A DNA stretch of 64,000 bases from Brevinematia bacterium. GTDB taxonomy: Bacteria > Spirochaetota > Brevinematia > Brevinematales > JAOACQ01. The notes beneath the pieces were generated by a model. That model ran no database searches. It saw nothing but the letters and a program-made list of their open reading frames with translations, and was not told the DNA's origin. The position numbers and the translations under genes were made by a program. The stretch lies in contig JBMFQR010000006.1 in NCBI GenBank assembly GCA_049968515.1, positions 6,648 through 70,647 on the forward strand, given 5' to 3'. Below, one piece after another: positions 1 to 10,340 of this stretch (within the stretch, counting starts at the first letter, position 1; each line of letters starts with the position of its first letter).

Positions 1-1
1 A

Positions 2-1162
2 GATTATCTCATGAAAGAAGGGCTTGAATTGAAAAGGATTTTAATTGTCAGGGATAAGATTGATGAGATAAAGTCTGCCTTACAATTTCTTTCTGATATA
101 TCTGATGTTATTTTAGTTTCCGGGGGACTTGGACCAACAGATGATGATCTTACAAGAGAAGCCTTTTCAGAATATACAGGTGAGGAACTGTTTCTGGATG
201 AGAATGTGCTTGGAAAAATTAAATCCCGTTTTGAATCAAGGAATATAAAATTTCAGGATGGCAATCAGAAACAAGCTCTGGTGATAAAAAACTCAATAGT
301 GTTTGATAATCCAGTGGGCACTGCCCCTGGTCTTTATTACAAAAAGATAGATAAGGAGTACTTTCTTTTTCCCGGTGTGCCATCAGAATGGAGAGAAATG
401 ATAAAACTATACCTCCCGAACTTCATAAAAGAGTGGCAGAAGAATATTGAATTAAAGAAATTCAGCTTTATATTTCATACTTATGGTATTTCAGAGGCGA
501 AACTCAACCAGATTTTAAGAGAGAAACTGGATAAAGATAATGTTTCCTTTGGTACAATTGCAGATGAGGGGATAATAAGCTTCAGGATAGACATCCTTTC
601 AAGAGATAAAGAAAATGCGGAAACCAGTGCGAAGAAAATCATAGAAGAAGACCTTGGATTATTGAAAGATAACATACTTGGTTTTTCACAGACTGAATTT
701 ATCGAGGAAAGTTTCGTGAGAAAGATGATTGAGAAGGGGAAAAAGCTTGTAGTTGCAGAATCCTGTACGGGGGGTCTTCTTTCAAAAAGGATAACCGATG
801 TTCCCGGTTCTTCTGCAATGTTCTTCGGGGGAATAGTTTGCTATAGCAATAAGCTTAAAGAGACTCTTTTAAGTGTTCCGCACGATATACTCGAAAAGTA
901 TGGAGCTGTTTCAGAAGAAACAGTAAAGTTTATGGACGCAGGACTAATGAAGCTTTTTCCGGAAACAGATTACAGGATATCAATAAGCGGGATAGCCGGT
1001 CCAGATGGAGGCACAGAAGAAAAACCGGTGGGCACAGTTTATATTGCTATAGGCGAAAAAGATGGAATCTTTACTCAAAGACTTAATTTCTTTGGAAGTA
1101 GAAATGATATAAGGCAAAAAAGTATTAACTACTGCTTGAGCTTTTTGCTAAAAAAATTATAA
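2..1162 (+). CDS. cinA: CinA family protein (MoCF-biosynthesis-like domain + NMN deamidase PncC domain), 5'-truncated by window
   Basis: SGGLGPTDDDLT, NPVGTAPG, PGVPSE, AESCTGGL, SGIAGPDGG, KPVGTVYI motifs; frame is open back to the window start. Confidence 0.92.
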   Translation, partial: DYLMKEGLELKRILIVRDKIDEIKSALQFLSDISDVILVSGGLGPTDDDLTREAFSEYTGEELFLDENVLGKIKSRFESRNIKFQDGNQKQALVIKNSIVFDNPVGTAPGLYYKKIDKEYFLFPGVPSEWREMIKLYLPNFIKEWQKNIELKKFSFIFHTYGISEAKLNQILREKLDKDNVSFGTIADEGIISFRIDILSRDKENAETSAKKIIEEDLGLLKDNILGFSQTEFIEESFVRKMIEKGKKLVVAESCTGGLLSKRITDVPGSSAMFFGGIVCYSNKLKETLLSVPHDILEKYGAVSEETVKFMDAGLMKLFPETDYRISISGIAGPDGGTEEKPVGTVYIAIGEKDGIFTQRLNFFGSRNDIRQKSINYCLSFLLKKL

Positions 1163-1170
1163 GGTTTTTT

Positions 1171-1479
1171 ATGAAGTGGGTGAAAATCTCTTTTTTTATG
1201 ATTTTATTGGCCTTAATTGAAATTGCTGCCGGTTTTCTTATGTTTATCTTTGCCGTAAAACTAAAAAACGGCTTTGTGATTACTTCATTGATTTTACTTC
1301 TTTCTATCTTAATTTTTTTAGTTGTCACAAGATTTAGAGAAAGGAGAAAACTGGAAAAAGCAGATGAGATATTAAGAAGAAGCCTGCAAAGATTCTTTTT
1401 AATATTGAAGGTTACTATTTTTATCCTCTTGTTTCTTCTGCTTTGTGTGATGATTTTTATGCTGATAAGAGGCAGGTAG
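1171..1479 (+). CDS. small hypothetical membrane protein (about 3 TM)
   Basis: 102 aa ORF starting 8 bp after cinA; three hydrophobic segments with a basic loop. Confidence 0.65.
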   Translation: MKWVKISFFMILLALIEIAAGFLMFIFAVKLKNGFVITSLILLLSILIFLVVTRFRERRKLEKADEILRRSLQRFFLILKVTIFILLFLLLCVMIFMLIRGR

Positions 1480-1518
1480 CTTGATATGATTATGCTTTGA
1501 TGTACCAGTGCATTAAGT

Positions 1519-3030
1519 TCAGGATTTAAGAATTTTATATCCTTCTATCCTGTTTTTTCCCTTTCTCTTTGCTATATATAGATTTTTATCTGCATCTTCA
1601 AGAATAACTTCATATTTTTCGAATTTTTCTGGAATACTTGTAGAAATACCAATTGATATAGTTATAATTCCAAATGGAGAAGCAGGATGGGTTATTTTTA
1701 AGTCAGCTACAGAATCTTTTATCCTTTCCGCGACTGTCATTGCACCTTCAAAGGGTGTGTTTGGCAAAATTACAATAAATTCCTCTCCTCCATAGCGTGC
1801 TACTATATCAGCAGGTCTTAATGTATTTTCCTTTATTTTTTCAGAAACTTTTTTTAAACATTCATCTCCCATTTTATGTCCATATGTGTCATTATAAGCC
1901 TTAAAATTGTCTATGTCTATCATTAGCATAGAAATAGGTTGTTTGTATCTTATAGAATTTTTCCATTCCCTTTCCACAAAGTCTTTTAGACCTCTTCTAT
2001 TATATAACCCCGTTAACTCATCTTTTATTGCCAGCTCTTCAAGAAATTGCTGGTATTTAATCTGAGAAGTCATATCAAAAATGCTTCCAACTATTCCGGT
2101 GAATGTCTCTCTGTTTTCTCCAATTGTGTTCATTCTATATAGTATGTATCTTTTTTCTCCATCTTCAGTTTCACAAAAAGAGGTTTTAAATTCAATAGGA
2201 AGAAATTGTTCCATTAATTCTTTTTCTTTTTCATCAAGAAGTTTTTTCAAATATTCAGGGAAGATCTCATTATTCTTAACTCTAAATATGATTTTTCTCT
2301 CAATATTAAAAAACTTTTCAAAAGCACTATTAACTTTCACAAAATTAAGATTTTTATCTTTATAAAACAAAGGAATGGGGACAATCTCACATATTTTTTC
2401 AAGCAAAGTATTCTTTTCGTTTAGCTCATCGATTACTCTTTTCCACTCATTTATATTTATGGAAGCCCCGATTATCTTATAAACTTTCCCTTCATTATCA
2501 ATCAAAGGAATCAGTCTTGTATACCACCACGTTTCCTTTCCCTTTAACAGGAGCTTTTCTTCGTATTCTATGGTTTCTTTTAGTTCCACACATTTTTGAT
2601 AATTTGACTCAATCTGTATAGCAATGTCATAAGGTAAAAATTCTGAAGGAGTTTTTCCTTTTACCTCGCTGGTTTTAAATCCTGTAAGCTTTTCGTGAGT
2701 GGGATTAAGATATTCAAAAATAAACCTTCCATTAGTAACATTAAAAATGAAAACAGCAACATTTAATTTTTCAAGTAGAAGTTCTAAAAGTTTTTTTTCA
2801 TTTTGTAGTTCTATCTCGATTTTCTTTTTTTCCTCAAAATTTTTATTTAATTCTTTTAGAATTTCCCCCTTTTTTTCACAAAGTTCAATTAGATCTTTCT
2901 TGATTTCTTCAAAAGACTTATTTTCCAGAGAATCTATGTGAAATTTAGATACCTTCTCTAAGAATTTATAAAAATCATCCAGAGAATTTTCCAGTTTAAG
3001 ATTTTCTTCAGATTTTAAAGATTCTGACAT
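1519..3030 (-). CDS. PAS-PAS-GGDEF diguanylate cyclase
   Basis: DELTGLYNRR, DIDNFKAYNDTYGH, RPAD I-site, RYGGEEF; two PAS-like segments. Confidence 0.93.
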   Translation of the reverse strand: MSESLKSEENLKLENSLDDFYKFLEKVSKFHIDSLENKSFEEIKKDLIELCEKKGEILKELNKNFEEKKKIEIELQNEKKLLELLLEKLNVAVFIFNVTNGRFIFEYLNPTHEKLTGFKTSEVKGKTPSEFLPYDIAIQIESNYQKCVELKETIEYEEKLLLKGKETWWYTRLIPLIDNEGKVYKIIGASININEWKRVIDELNEKNTLLEKICEIVPIPLFYKDKNLNFVKVNSAFEKFFNIERKIIFRVKNNEIFPEYLKKLLDEKEKELMEQFLPIEFKTSFCETEDGEKRYILYRMNTIGENRETFTGIVGSIFDMTSQIKYQQFLEELAIKDELTGLYNRRGLKDFVEREWKNSIRYKQPISMLMIDIDNFKAYNDTYGHKMGDECLKKVSEKIKENTLRPADIVARYGGEEFIVILPNTPFEGAMTVAERIKDSVADLKITHPASPFGIITISIGISTSIPEKFEKYEVILEDADKNLYIAKRKGKNRIEGYKILKS

Positions 3031-3240
3031 TATCTCTCTCCATTCTCAGTTTCTTAAAAGAATATAACCCAGATTTCCAGAGAAAAAAGTTAGTTAAATC
3101 TCAAAAATATTAAGATAAAAAAAATACAGAGGCAGAGCCTGTATGATTAAAAATATTATAAAAGAGATAAAAATAAATATCAAGACTAAAAACCAGACCA
3201 ATTTATAAAAAATCTGTAAGCAGATTTTTATCAGTTTTTG

Positions 3241-3269
3241 TTGATTAACTTTTGGATTTTAGGTATAAT
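3241..3269 (+). promoter_or_regulatory. sigma70 promoter for tRNA-Cys/tRNA-Leu (possibly also dnaN)
   Basis: TTGATT-17 bp-TATAAT, 28 bp upstream of tRNA-Cys. Confidence 0.75.
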
Positions 3270-3297
3270 ATAAGCAATATTTTCTTTTTATAAATAT

Positions 3298-3369
3298 GGG
3301 GATGTAGCCAAGTGGGAAGGCCGCGGTCTGCAAAACCGCTATGAGTCGGTTCGATTCCGACCATCCCCT
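3298..3369 (+). tRNA. tRNA-Cys (GCA), CCA not encoded
   Basis: acceptor GGGGATG/CATCCCC, anticodon arm GCGGT-CTGCAAA-ACCGC, T arm GTCGG-TTCGATT-CCGAC. Confidence 0.96.
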
Positions 3370-3377
3370 ACTAAAGT

Positions 3378-3463
3378 GCCGGGGTGGTGGAATTGGTAGA
3401 CACAAGGGACTTAAAATCCCTCGGGTGGAAACACCTGTGCGGGTTCGAGTCCCGCCCTCGGCA
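3378..3463 (+). tRNA. tRNA-Leu (TAA), CCA not encoded
   Basis: acceptor GCCGGGG/CCTCGGC, anticodon arm AGGGA-CTTAAAA-TCCCT, long variable arm, GGTTCGAGTCC. Confidence 0.96.
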
Positions 3464-3490
3464 ATTTATTTTTAAGAGGGGGTATTAAAA

Positions 3491-4633
3491 ATGAAGTTTA
3501 CAATTAATAGAGAGCTATTTCTTCGCTATCTTACCATTGCTGATACTGTGCTAAAAAATGTTAAATCACCTCTGGCAATTCTACTTAACGTATATCTTGA
3601 AGTTCAAGCAGATGGTACTCTTATAATAATGTCCTACAATGGAGAAAATGGTGTAAAGATTGAACTGAATGTTAAGGTTGAAGAACCCGGCAAAATCACA
3701 CTCTTATCAAAAAAACTTCTTGATGTAATAAGAAAAATAGAAGAGGGTGAAATAGTTTTTGAGACAATCCCGGATAATGAGACCTCTGTAATTATCCATC
3801 CTCTTGAGAAGGAAATCCCAATTTTTAACCTGAATGGAATAATAGCCGATGCATACCCTGTATTCTTTGAGTTCAACTGGGAGACATACATAAAGATTTC
3901 AGAAGCCAGCATGAAGGAACTTATAGATAGCACCGTCTTTGCTGTCGCAGAAGACTTTTCAAAACCAGCCTTTACTGGAGTTTATATTGAAGAGGCAGTC
4001 GAGGGTAGACTTACATTTGTTACGAGTGATGGGAAAAGACTTGCAACAAATTCGAGAGAATATGTAGAGAAAAAAGGTATTGTACCTCTTAATATAATAA
4101 TTCCAGAAAACATAATCCGAACACTTAGTAACTCTTTCACAGTCAGTAGTGAAGGTGAGGTAATGTTTTCGGTAGAAAAGAATCAGGCATTTTTCAGACT
4201 CAACAATGTCTACCTCTTTTCCAATTTAATTGAGGGAAAGTTTCCCAACTACAGGGATGTTATTCCAAAAGATAGAATTAATGTAGGAAGTGTTGATGGG
4301 CATATCTTTTTGAATGCTATTGAGGTGGTTTCTGTTCTTGCTGATGTGGAGACATACAGAATAAAAATTGAGATAAAAGATAGTATTATGGAGATTTCAG
4401 CCAGACATTCAATCCATGGACTGGCGAGAGAGGAAATTCCACTTTTAAGCTATTCTGGAACACCTATTTTCCTTTACTGTAATTATAAGCACCTTACTGA
4501 TTTTCTTAAAATTTTTAATAATAAAGTGGTAAACTTTTCTATTAACTCACAGGTAAGTCCTATACTCTTCACAATAGATGGAGAACCAGATTTTGTATAC
4601 GTTGATATGCCTTTAAGACTTCCAGAAGAGTGA
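3491..4633 (+). CDS. dnaN: DNA polymerase III beta sliding clamp
   Basis: 380 aa; MKFTINRE start, VTSDGKRLA, LIEGKFPNYRDVIP, C-terminal MPLRL. Confidence 0.88.
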   Translation: MKFTINRELFLRYLTIADTVLKNVKSPLAILLNVYLEVQADGTLIIMSYNGENGVKIELNVKVEEPGKITLLSKKLLDVIRKIEEGEIVFETIPDNETSVIIHPLEKEIPIFNLNGIIADAYPVFFEFNWETYIKISEASMKELIDSTVFAVAEDFSKPAFTGVYIEEAVEGRLTFVTSDGKRLATNSREYVEKKGIVPLNIIIPENIIRTLSNSFTVSSEGEVMFSVEKNQAFFRLNNVYLFSNLIEGKFPNYRDVIPKDRINVGSVDGHIFLNAIEVVSVLADVETYRIKIEIKDSIMEISARHSIHGLAREEIPLLSYSGTPIFLYCNYKHLTDFLKIFNNKVVNFSINSQVSPILFTIDGEPDFVYVDMPLRLPEE

Positions 4634-4634
4634 T

Positions 4635-5360
4635 TTATATCCCATACCAGAGTCTCATTCCAAGCTCGGGGGGTAAATTAGCCAGGGCTATTTTTTCACA
4701 AGTTCTTGAGATATTATACTCTACACGATAGAACATTACTGAAAAGTCAGTCTCATCAAAGATACAATATGAAGCCATTGGATTTCTATCCCGTGGCTGA
4801 CCAACACTACCCGGATTAATCAAAAAGACACCCTCTCTTAAATAAAACTTTTTGTCCTCTTCATAGAAGAAATTTGCATTTTCATTGAATATCCCGGGCA
4901 CGTGAGAGTGTCCATGAAAGCATATTTTTATGCCTTCATCCTTAATTTTTTGTAAGGATCTCTGTGCTGTGGATGTTCTCAGAATATACTCATCGGGGTC
5001 TATGGGTGAACCGTGTACACACAGTATTTCATTGCTATATCTATAGATTTCTGGCAAACGTTCCAGAAATTGCCTGTAAGTATGCCTTAAATTCTCGTCC
5101 GTCCACTCTATGGCAAATCTTGCCACATCATTCGCAAATCTTCTCAGTAAGGGGTTAAAAAGCATTCTCTCATGATTACCTTTTATAGAGATAAAATTCC
5201 TCTCCATTGCAAACTCGATACATTTTTCGGGATCAGGTCCATAACCCACTATATCCCCTAAATTTAAAATCAAATCAATGGAGTGGGTTTCTACATTATT
5301 GAACACTGAAATGAGGGCTTCAAGATTGGAATGAATATCGCTCAAAACCAGTATTTTCAT
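4635..5360 (-). CDS. calcineurin-like metallophosphoesterase
   Basis: SDIHSN, LGDIVGYG, GNHE, HGSP, GHSH, NPGSVGQPRD motifs. Confidence 0.92.
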   Translation of the reverse strand: MKILVLSDIHSNLEALISVFNNVETHSIDLILNLGDIVGYGPDPEKCIEFAMERNFISIKGNHERMLFNPLLRRFANDVARFAIEWTDENLRHTYRQFLERLPEIYRYSNEILCVHGSPIDPDEYILRTSTAQRSLQKIKDEGIKICFHGHSHVPGIFNENANFFYEEDKKFYLREGVFLINPGSVGQPRDRNPMASYCIFDETDFSVMFYRVEYNISRTCEKIALANLPPELGMRLWYGI

Positions 5361-5410
5361 TTTCTTACCTTTCCAGTTGATTATAACACAATAACAATTT
5401 TTAAGCCAAC

Positions 5411-5440
5411 AAAAAAGGGGCTGTTATACAGCCCCTTTTT
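5411..5440 (-). terminator. intrinsic terminator after hppA (bidirectional form)
   Basis: AAAAAAGGGGCTGT-TAT-ACAGCCCCTTTTT. Confidence 0.88.
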
Positions 5441-5454
5441 GAATTTATCAGACA

Positions 5455-7521
5455 CTACTTAATTAAAGGTGCAATCACGAGAGCCACAACACTCATAAGC
5501 TTTATCAATATGTTAAGAGCAGGCCCGGCTGTATCCTTGAAAGGATCTCCCACTGTATCTCCAGTAACAGCAGCCTTGTGAGTAGGAGAACCCTTACCAC
5601 CAAGATTTCCAGCCTCGATGTATTTCTTTGCATTATCCCATGATGCCCCGGCATTTGCCATAAATATTGCAAGAACGACTCCAGAAGAAAGGACACCAAC
5701 AAGAAGACCTGCAAGAATATGCTTATCTATAAACCCTACAACAACAGGCACTATAACAGCCATAAGCCCGGGTACTATCATTCTCTTTATTGCTGCAGCT
5801 GTGGAAATACTTACGCATCTCGTATAGTCCGCCTTTGCTTTGCCTTCCATAAGCCCGGGTATTTCTTTGAACTGCCTTCTGACCTCAACAACCATTTCAC
5901 CGGCAGCTTTACCTACAGCCTTCATTGACATTGAGCTGAAAAGGAATGGAAGCATTGCACCAACAAGCACTCCACCCATAATCATAGGATTTGAAACATC
6001 AATTGTTGTAATACCTGCCTGAGATTGATATGCAGAGAAAAGTGCAAGGGCAGTAAGTGCAGCAGATCCAATAGCAAAACCCTTACCAATGGCTGCAGTT
6101 GTGTTGCCCACTGCATCAAGCTTATCAGTTCGCCCACGCACCTCTGGTGGCAGGTTGCTCATCTCAGCAATACCACCTGAATTATCTGCAATAGGTCCGT
6201 ATGCATCAACAGCAAGCTGGATACCGGTTGTAGAGAGCATTCCGAGACCAGCTATGGCAATTCCGTAAAGACCTGCCATCTGATAGGCTATTATTATTGC
6301 TGCAGAAAGCACAATCAATGGAAGAGCGGTTGACTGCATACCAACAGCAAGACCGGCAATAATATTTGTAGCATGACCAGTCTGAGACTCTAAGGCAACA
6401 GTTCTTGTAGGTTTTCTTTCACCTGTAGTATAGTACTCAGCAAGTACACCAATGAGTACGCCGGCCACAAGTCCGGTTATCATTGCTATAAATACCTTGA
6501 GTGAGTTGTATGTAATACTACCAGTTGTGTAACTACCGGGTAAGAGAAACTTTGTAGCAAAATAAGAAACAATAAGCATAAGAATTGCTGCCCCGAATGT
6601 TCCAAAGTTCAATGCAGTCTGTGGATTTCCACCTTCTTTTGTCCTTACAAAGAATGCACCAATAATGGAGCAAACTATTCCAACACCGGCAAGAATTAAA
6701 GGAAGAATTACCGGATTCAACTGATGTTCTGCAACTGATGGAACTGCTGTTGCACCAATAATCATTGCTGAGATAATAGCTCCCACATATGATTCATAGA
6801 GGTCTGCACCCATTCCAGCAACATCACCAACGTTATCACCAACGTTGTCTGCAATAACAGCAGGATTTCTTGGATCATCTTCTGGTATGCCTGCTTCAAC
6901 CTTACCCACAAGATCAGCACCAACGTCAGCAGCCTTTGTATAAATTCCTCCACCAACACGGGCAAAAAGTGCTATTGAAGAAGCCCCGAGAGAGAAACCT
7001 GAAAGCACAGTCAATGTTCTTGCAAGGCTTGCACCCTCACTGCCGAATACTTTAAGGTATATGTAGAAGAGTATCCCAATGCCCAGACAGCCAAGCCCTA
7101 CAACACACATACCCATAACTGAACCCCCGGCAAATGCAATCTTAAGTGCAGAGTTAAGGCTTTTTCTTGCAGCATTGGATGTTCTCACATTTGCAAGGGT
7201 TGCAACATTCATCCCAAAGAATCCAGCAAGTGCAGACATACCTGCACCGGTAATGAAAGAGATAGCTATAAGAAAGTGACTATCCGGCTGATTGAAATAT
7301 GCCACACCCATCAAGGAAGCCACAGCTATGACGAAGATTACAAGCACGCCATACTCTTTTTTCAGAAAAGCCATTGCACCTTCCCTGATATAGCCGCTTA
7401 TCTCCTTCATTCTGTCAGTCCCAGCATCCTGACTCTTTACCCATAAAGCCCTGAAAAGAGCATACAGAAGGGCTAAAACCCCAGCAACTGGAGCAACCCA
7501 GAGCAAAAGTTCTCTTGACAT
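5455..7521 (-). CDS. hppA: membrane-bound cation-translocating pyrophosphatase, K+-dependent type (probably Na+-PPase)
   Basis: [39 protein letters not shown]; GNTTAA (Ala) marks the K+-dependent class. Confidence 0.96.
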   Translation of the reverse strand: MSRELLLWVAPVAGVLALLYALFRALWVKSQDAGTDRMKEISGYIREGAMAFLKKEYGVLVIFVIAVASLMGVAYFNQPDSHFLIAISFITGAGMSALAGFFGMNVATLANVRTSNAARKSLNSALKIAFAGGSVMGMCVVGLGCLGIGILFYIYLKVFGSEGASLARTLTVLSGFSLGASSIALFARVGGGIYTKAADVGADLVGKVEAGIPEDDPRNPAVIADNVGDNVGDVAGMGADLYESYVGAIISAMIIGATAVPSVAEHQLNPVILPLILAGVGIVCSIIGAFFVRTKEGGNPQTALNFGTFGAAILMLIVSYFATKFLLPGSYTTGSITYNSLKVFIAMITGLVAGVLIGVLAEYYTTGERKPTRTVALESQTGHATNIIAGLAVGMQSTALPLIVLSAAIIIAYQMAGLYGIAIAGLGMLSTTGIQLAVDAYGPIADNSGGIAEMSNLPPEVRGRTDKLDAVGNTTAAIGKGFAIGSAALTALALFSAYQSQAGITTIDVSNPMIMGGVLVGAMLPFLFSSMSMKAVGKAAGEMVVEVRRQFKEIPGLMEGKAKADYTRCVSISTAAAIKRMIVPGLMAVIVPVVVGFIDKHILAGLLVGVLSSGVVLAIFMANAGASWDNAKKYIEAGNLGGKGSPTHKAAVTGDTVGDPFKDTAGPALNILIKLMSVVALVIAPLIK

Positions 7522-7700
7522 TTTATTTTCCTCCTTATCTCATTTAAAAAGACAAAACTCTCTTGCAAGCCAGAAAAACCGCTTGGCTTAAATTCATTGA
7601 AATCTATGTTGACAGGAAAGTTATCATTCAAGCGAGGGAGCTTAAAAATTTCTGGCAAGGAAATATGAACTCTTATCCTTATACAAATCATAAACTAATA

Positions 7701-7729
7701 ATTATAAAGGAAGATTTGTAAATTGTCAA
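7701..7729 (-). promoter_or_regulatory. consensus sigma70 promoter of hppA
   Basis: minus strand TTGACA-17 bp-TATAAT; implies a leader of about 170 nt. Confidence 0.85.
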
Positions 7730-7827
7730 AAATTGGGTTGATAACCTGACTGCGTAAACATACAGATAAAACGAACTGCTTTGCTGGATTGGTATTGGCT
7801 TATCTGAAAATGATAAATAAAGAAATA

Positions 7828-7865
7828 GCCTGCCAGAGAAGTTTGATATAAGCTCTCCGGCAGGC
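7828..7865 (-). terminator. hairpin downstream of the FecR/propeller gene
   Basis: GCCTGCC-AGAGA...TCTCC-GGCAGGC imperfect inverted repeat, followed by TATTTCTTTATTT on the minus strand. Confidence 0.6.
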
Positions 7866-7874
7866 CATAAAATC

Positions 7875-10211
7875 TTATTTTACAATCTTCAACATCGAAC
7901 TCTTTGAAATACCAAAAGCACCTTCATCACTTACAACAACAGAAAGTAAACCCTTCTTGCCAGTCTCGGAAATCCATTGATATTTCTTGTTCTTTATATC
8001 GTAAGCATATATCTTACCGGTGGCTGTTCCACCAAAGAGCATAACACCTTCAGAAATGTAAGGGTATGAAATCCTTTCTTCAAACTTAAGTGTATCTATT
8101 AGTTTTCCACTCACTCCATCAATAATTGATATAATTGAATTTTCTTCTGATTTTCCAACGATTACATATCCATTGTAGAAAATCGGGTCAATATCTGTTT
8201 TCTGTAACTTTGAAATTGATAATTCCCACTTTTTGCTTCCATCAAGTGTGGAATAAGCCTTTATGAGCCCATTGTTTCTAAGTAACACAATAGCAATGTC
8301 ATCATTTCCTACAATTGGATAGAGAACTCTGTCCTCATAGTTTTTAGACCACACTACTTCCTTTTTCTCAATATCGTAACATACCATATTTCCACTTTCG
8401 AGAGCATAGATAACCTGTTTGCCTCCTTTTATAACCAATGGAGAGGAATATATCTGTGAGGCGGTTTTTATAAAATCAACTATCTCTCCTTTAAGATTCA
8501 AAATATGTATACCTTTTTCAAATGAGGTTACAAAGATTTTATCTTTGTAGACAATCGGATGTCCTCCAAATTTTTGCCCACCAACATTTTCATTCTTCCA
8601 GATCAGCTTTCCATCAAGGCTATATGCGTAAACACCCCTGCCATCGGAGCCAACTATAACCATATCTTTTGCAGTTGCAATTCTTGTAAGCTGTATATTA
8701 TCTCCAACCACTACTTTCTTCAACAACTTACCATCAAGTGAGTAAATGAAAAATCTGTCTCCACTTACAGCAAAGATTTTGCCTTTATAAACAACCTGAC
8801 TGTGGTCAAAGGATTTTACATCCATCTTTACCTGTTTTTCCCATTCAATCGTTCCGGGAAGCTTACCAACTGAAGAGACTGCTTCTTCTTTAGAGCTTTC
8901 AGATGATGATGAAGTTGTAACCTCCTGAATTTTCTCTTTCAGTACCTCTTCTATGTTTATATTACCTGAAACTACATATTCCTTTGAAATAATTTCATAA
9001 CCTTCTCTTTCTATTCTAACATCAAGCTTTTCCCCCTTTTCAAAAGCAATTTCAAGAGGGGTATTTCCCATCTCAATTCCGTTAACATATACCTTTGCTC
9101 CAGCAGGAGTTGTATTAAAGACAATCTTTGAAGTCTCAGGTTTTTCCATAATCTTGCTTTCAGAAATCAATTCAAGCTTTTTTTCTACTTCTGGCGAGAC
9201 TTCTTTCTTTTCTATTACAAGATTCATTACTTCTTCAGGAGTTTTGGTTTCACCCTTTTTCCCCAGATCTGTAGAGATTTTTTCCTGAATCTTGGCTGTT
9301 ATATTTTCAACCTTCATCTCCGGCGCTGCTGTTTCAGACTCAATCATCTCTTTTGTTATTTTACCCTTTTGCTCGGAAAGATCTTTTATTGTCTTTTCAA
9401 TTGCTTTATCAACCTTTTCCACCTTTTCTTTCTTCAGTTCGGCTTCTTCACCTGCAGCTATTTCAACTGGCTTTACCACATTTTCCTTGATAACCTCTGC
9501 AACCTTTTCGTCAATTACGCCTTTTTCCTTTGCCTTTTCTAAAGAAGCAATAGCTGGCTTCACACTCACCTTTCCTTCAACCACTGCGACCTTTGTATTA
9601 CCAGTCTCATCTACGGAAACAAAAAACTTTGTTCCTCTTACAGCAGCCACTGCAGACTCAGTATGTACCTCAAAAATCTCACCACTCTCAAGTTTTTTGG
9701 GCTTGAGACCCAACGCCCCCTTTTCAAGCTTGAATTTTGACTGAATCTTCTTATCTACATTGACAAGAGTGGCAAGATATAGCTCTGAAGAAGGCTCGAT
9801 TCTGAAAATGCCTCTTTTAACCATCTGTAATTCACAAAATGAGTCTTTTGCAGTCTTTATATAATCTCCCATCTGCAATATCTCTTCCACATTAACCTTT
9901 TTCCAGTCGCCACTCCCTAACTTTTTTGCATACACATCTCCAACCACAACGGAGACTATTATAGCCTCTCCCTTTTCTATCTTTTCTTTCTGTGTAACTT
10001 GAGAGTATTTTGAAACAAAAAACCAGCCTAAAACTACAACAAGACAAAAAGAAACCACCCAGACAAAAATTTTCAAACCTCCTCTTTTTTCTGCCATATA
10101 GTTACCCTCCTTTTTTTTTGAAATATATTTCGTCCACACTTTATCGAAATCTGGGGTAGAGTCCATAAAAGCACTGGATTTTAATAATATTTCTAATTCC
10201 TTCTCAGTCAT
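7875..10211 (-). CDS. putative anti-sigma factor: short N-terminal cytoplasmic region, TM, FecR domain, PEGA domain, PQQ-like beta-propeller
   Basis: FecR motif AVAAVRGTKF..VAVVEGKV; PEGA NTTPAGAKVYVNG..GNTPL; repeated DGKLIWK/VVWS propeller blades; follows the ECF sigma gene. Confidence 0.8.
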   Translation of the reverse strand: MTEKELEILLKSSAFMDSTPDFDKVWTKYISKKKEGNYMAEKRGGLKIFVWVVSFCLVVVLGWFFVSKYSQVTQKEKIEKGEAIIVSVVVGDVYAKKLGSGDWKKVNVEEILQMGDYIKTAKDSFCELQMVKRGIFRIEPSSELYLATLVNVDKKIQSKFKLEKGALGLKPKKLESGEIFEVHTESAVAAVRGTKFFVSVDETGNTKVAVVEGKVSVKPAIASLEKAKEKGVIDEKVAEVIKENVVKPVEIAAGEEAELKKEKVEKVDKAIEKTIKDLSEQKGKITKEMIESETAAPEMKVENITAKIQEKISTDLGKKGETKTPEEVMNLVIEKKEVSPEVEKKLELISESKIMEKPETSKIVFNTTPAGAKVYVNGIEMGNTPLEIAFEKGEKLDVRIEREGYEIISKEYVVSGNINIEEVLKEKIQEVTTSSSSESSKEEAVSSVGKLPGTIEWEKQVKMDVKSFDHSQVVYKGKIFAVSGDRFFIYSLDGKLLKKVVVGDNIQLTRIATAKDMVIVGSDGRGVYAYSLDGKLIWKNENVGGQKFGGHPIVYKDKIFVTSFEKGIHILNLKGEIVDFIKTASQIYSSPLVIKGGKQVIYALESGNMVCYDIEKKEVVWSKNYEDRVLYPIVGNDDIAIVLLRNNGLIKAYSTLDGSKKWELSISKLQKTDIDPIFYNGYVIVGKSEENSIISIIDGVSGKLIDTLKFEERISYPYISEGVMLFGGTATGKIYAYDIKNKKYQWISETGKKGLLSVVVSDEGAFGISKSSMLKIVK

Positions 10212-10340
10212 TGAAATCCTCCCTTAAAGTATTAAATGCATTTTTTATTTATATATTTCCATTATATATTTCTATCTGATGACCTTGCACATTGTTTACC
10301 TACATATATTACTTCAGGTATAAAAAGAAAATGAATTTTT

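Noticed and set aside
3031-3258. Hydrophobic reading frame in frame with and upstream of the PAS-GGDEF gene (possible lost TM region)
   Set aside because: Two stops, no convincing start or SD, and T-rich DNA yields F/L/I codons by composition alone.
9292-9744. Longer antisense or alternate-frame ORFs (e.g. 9292-9744, 45205-45672, 46308-46730, 28023-28442)
   Set aside because: They overlap well-supported genes almost entirely and have shadow-ORF composition.
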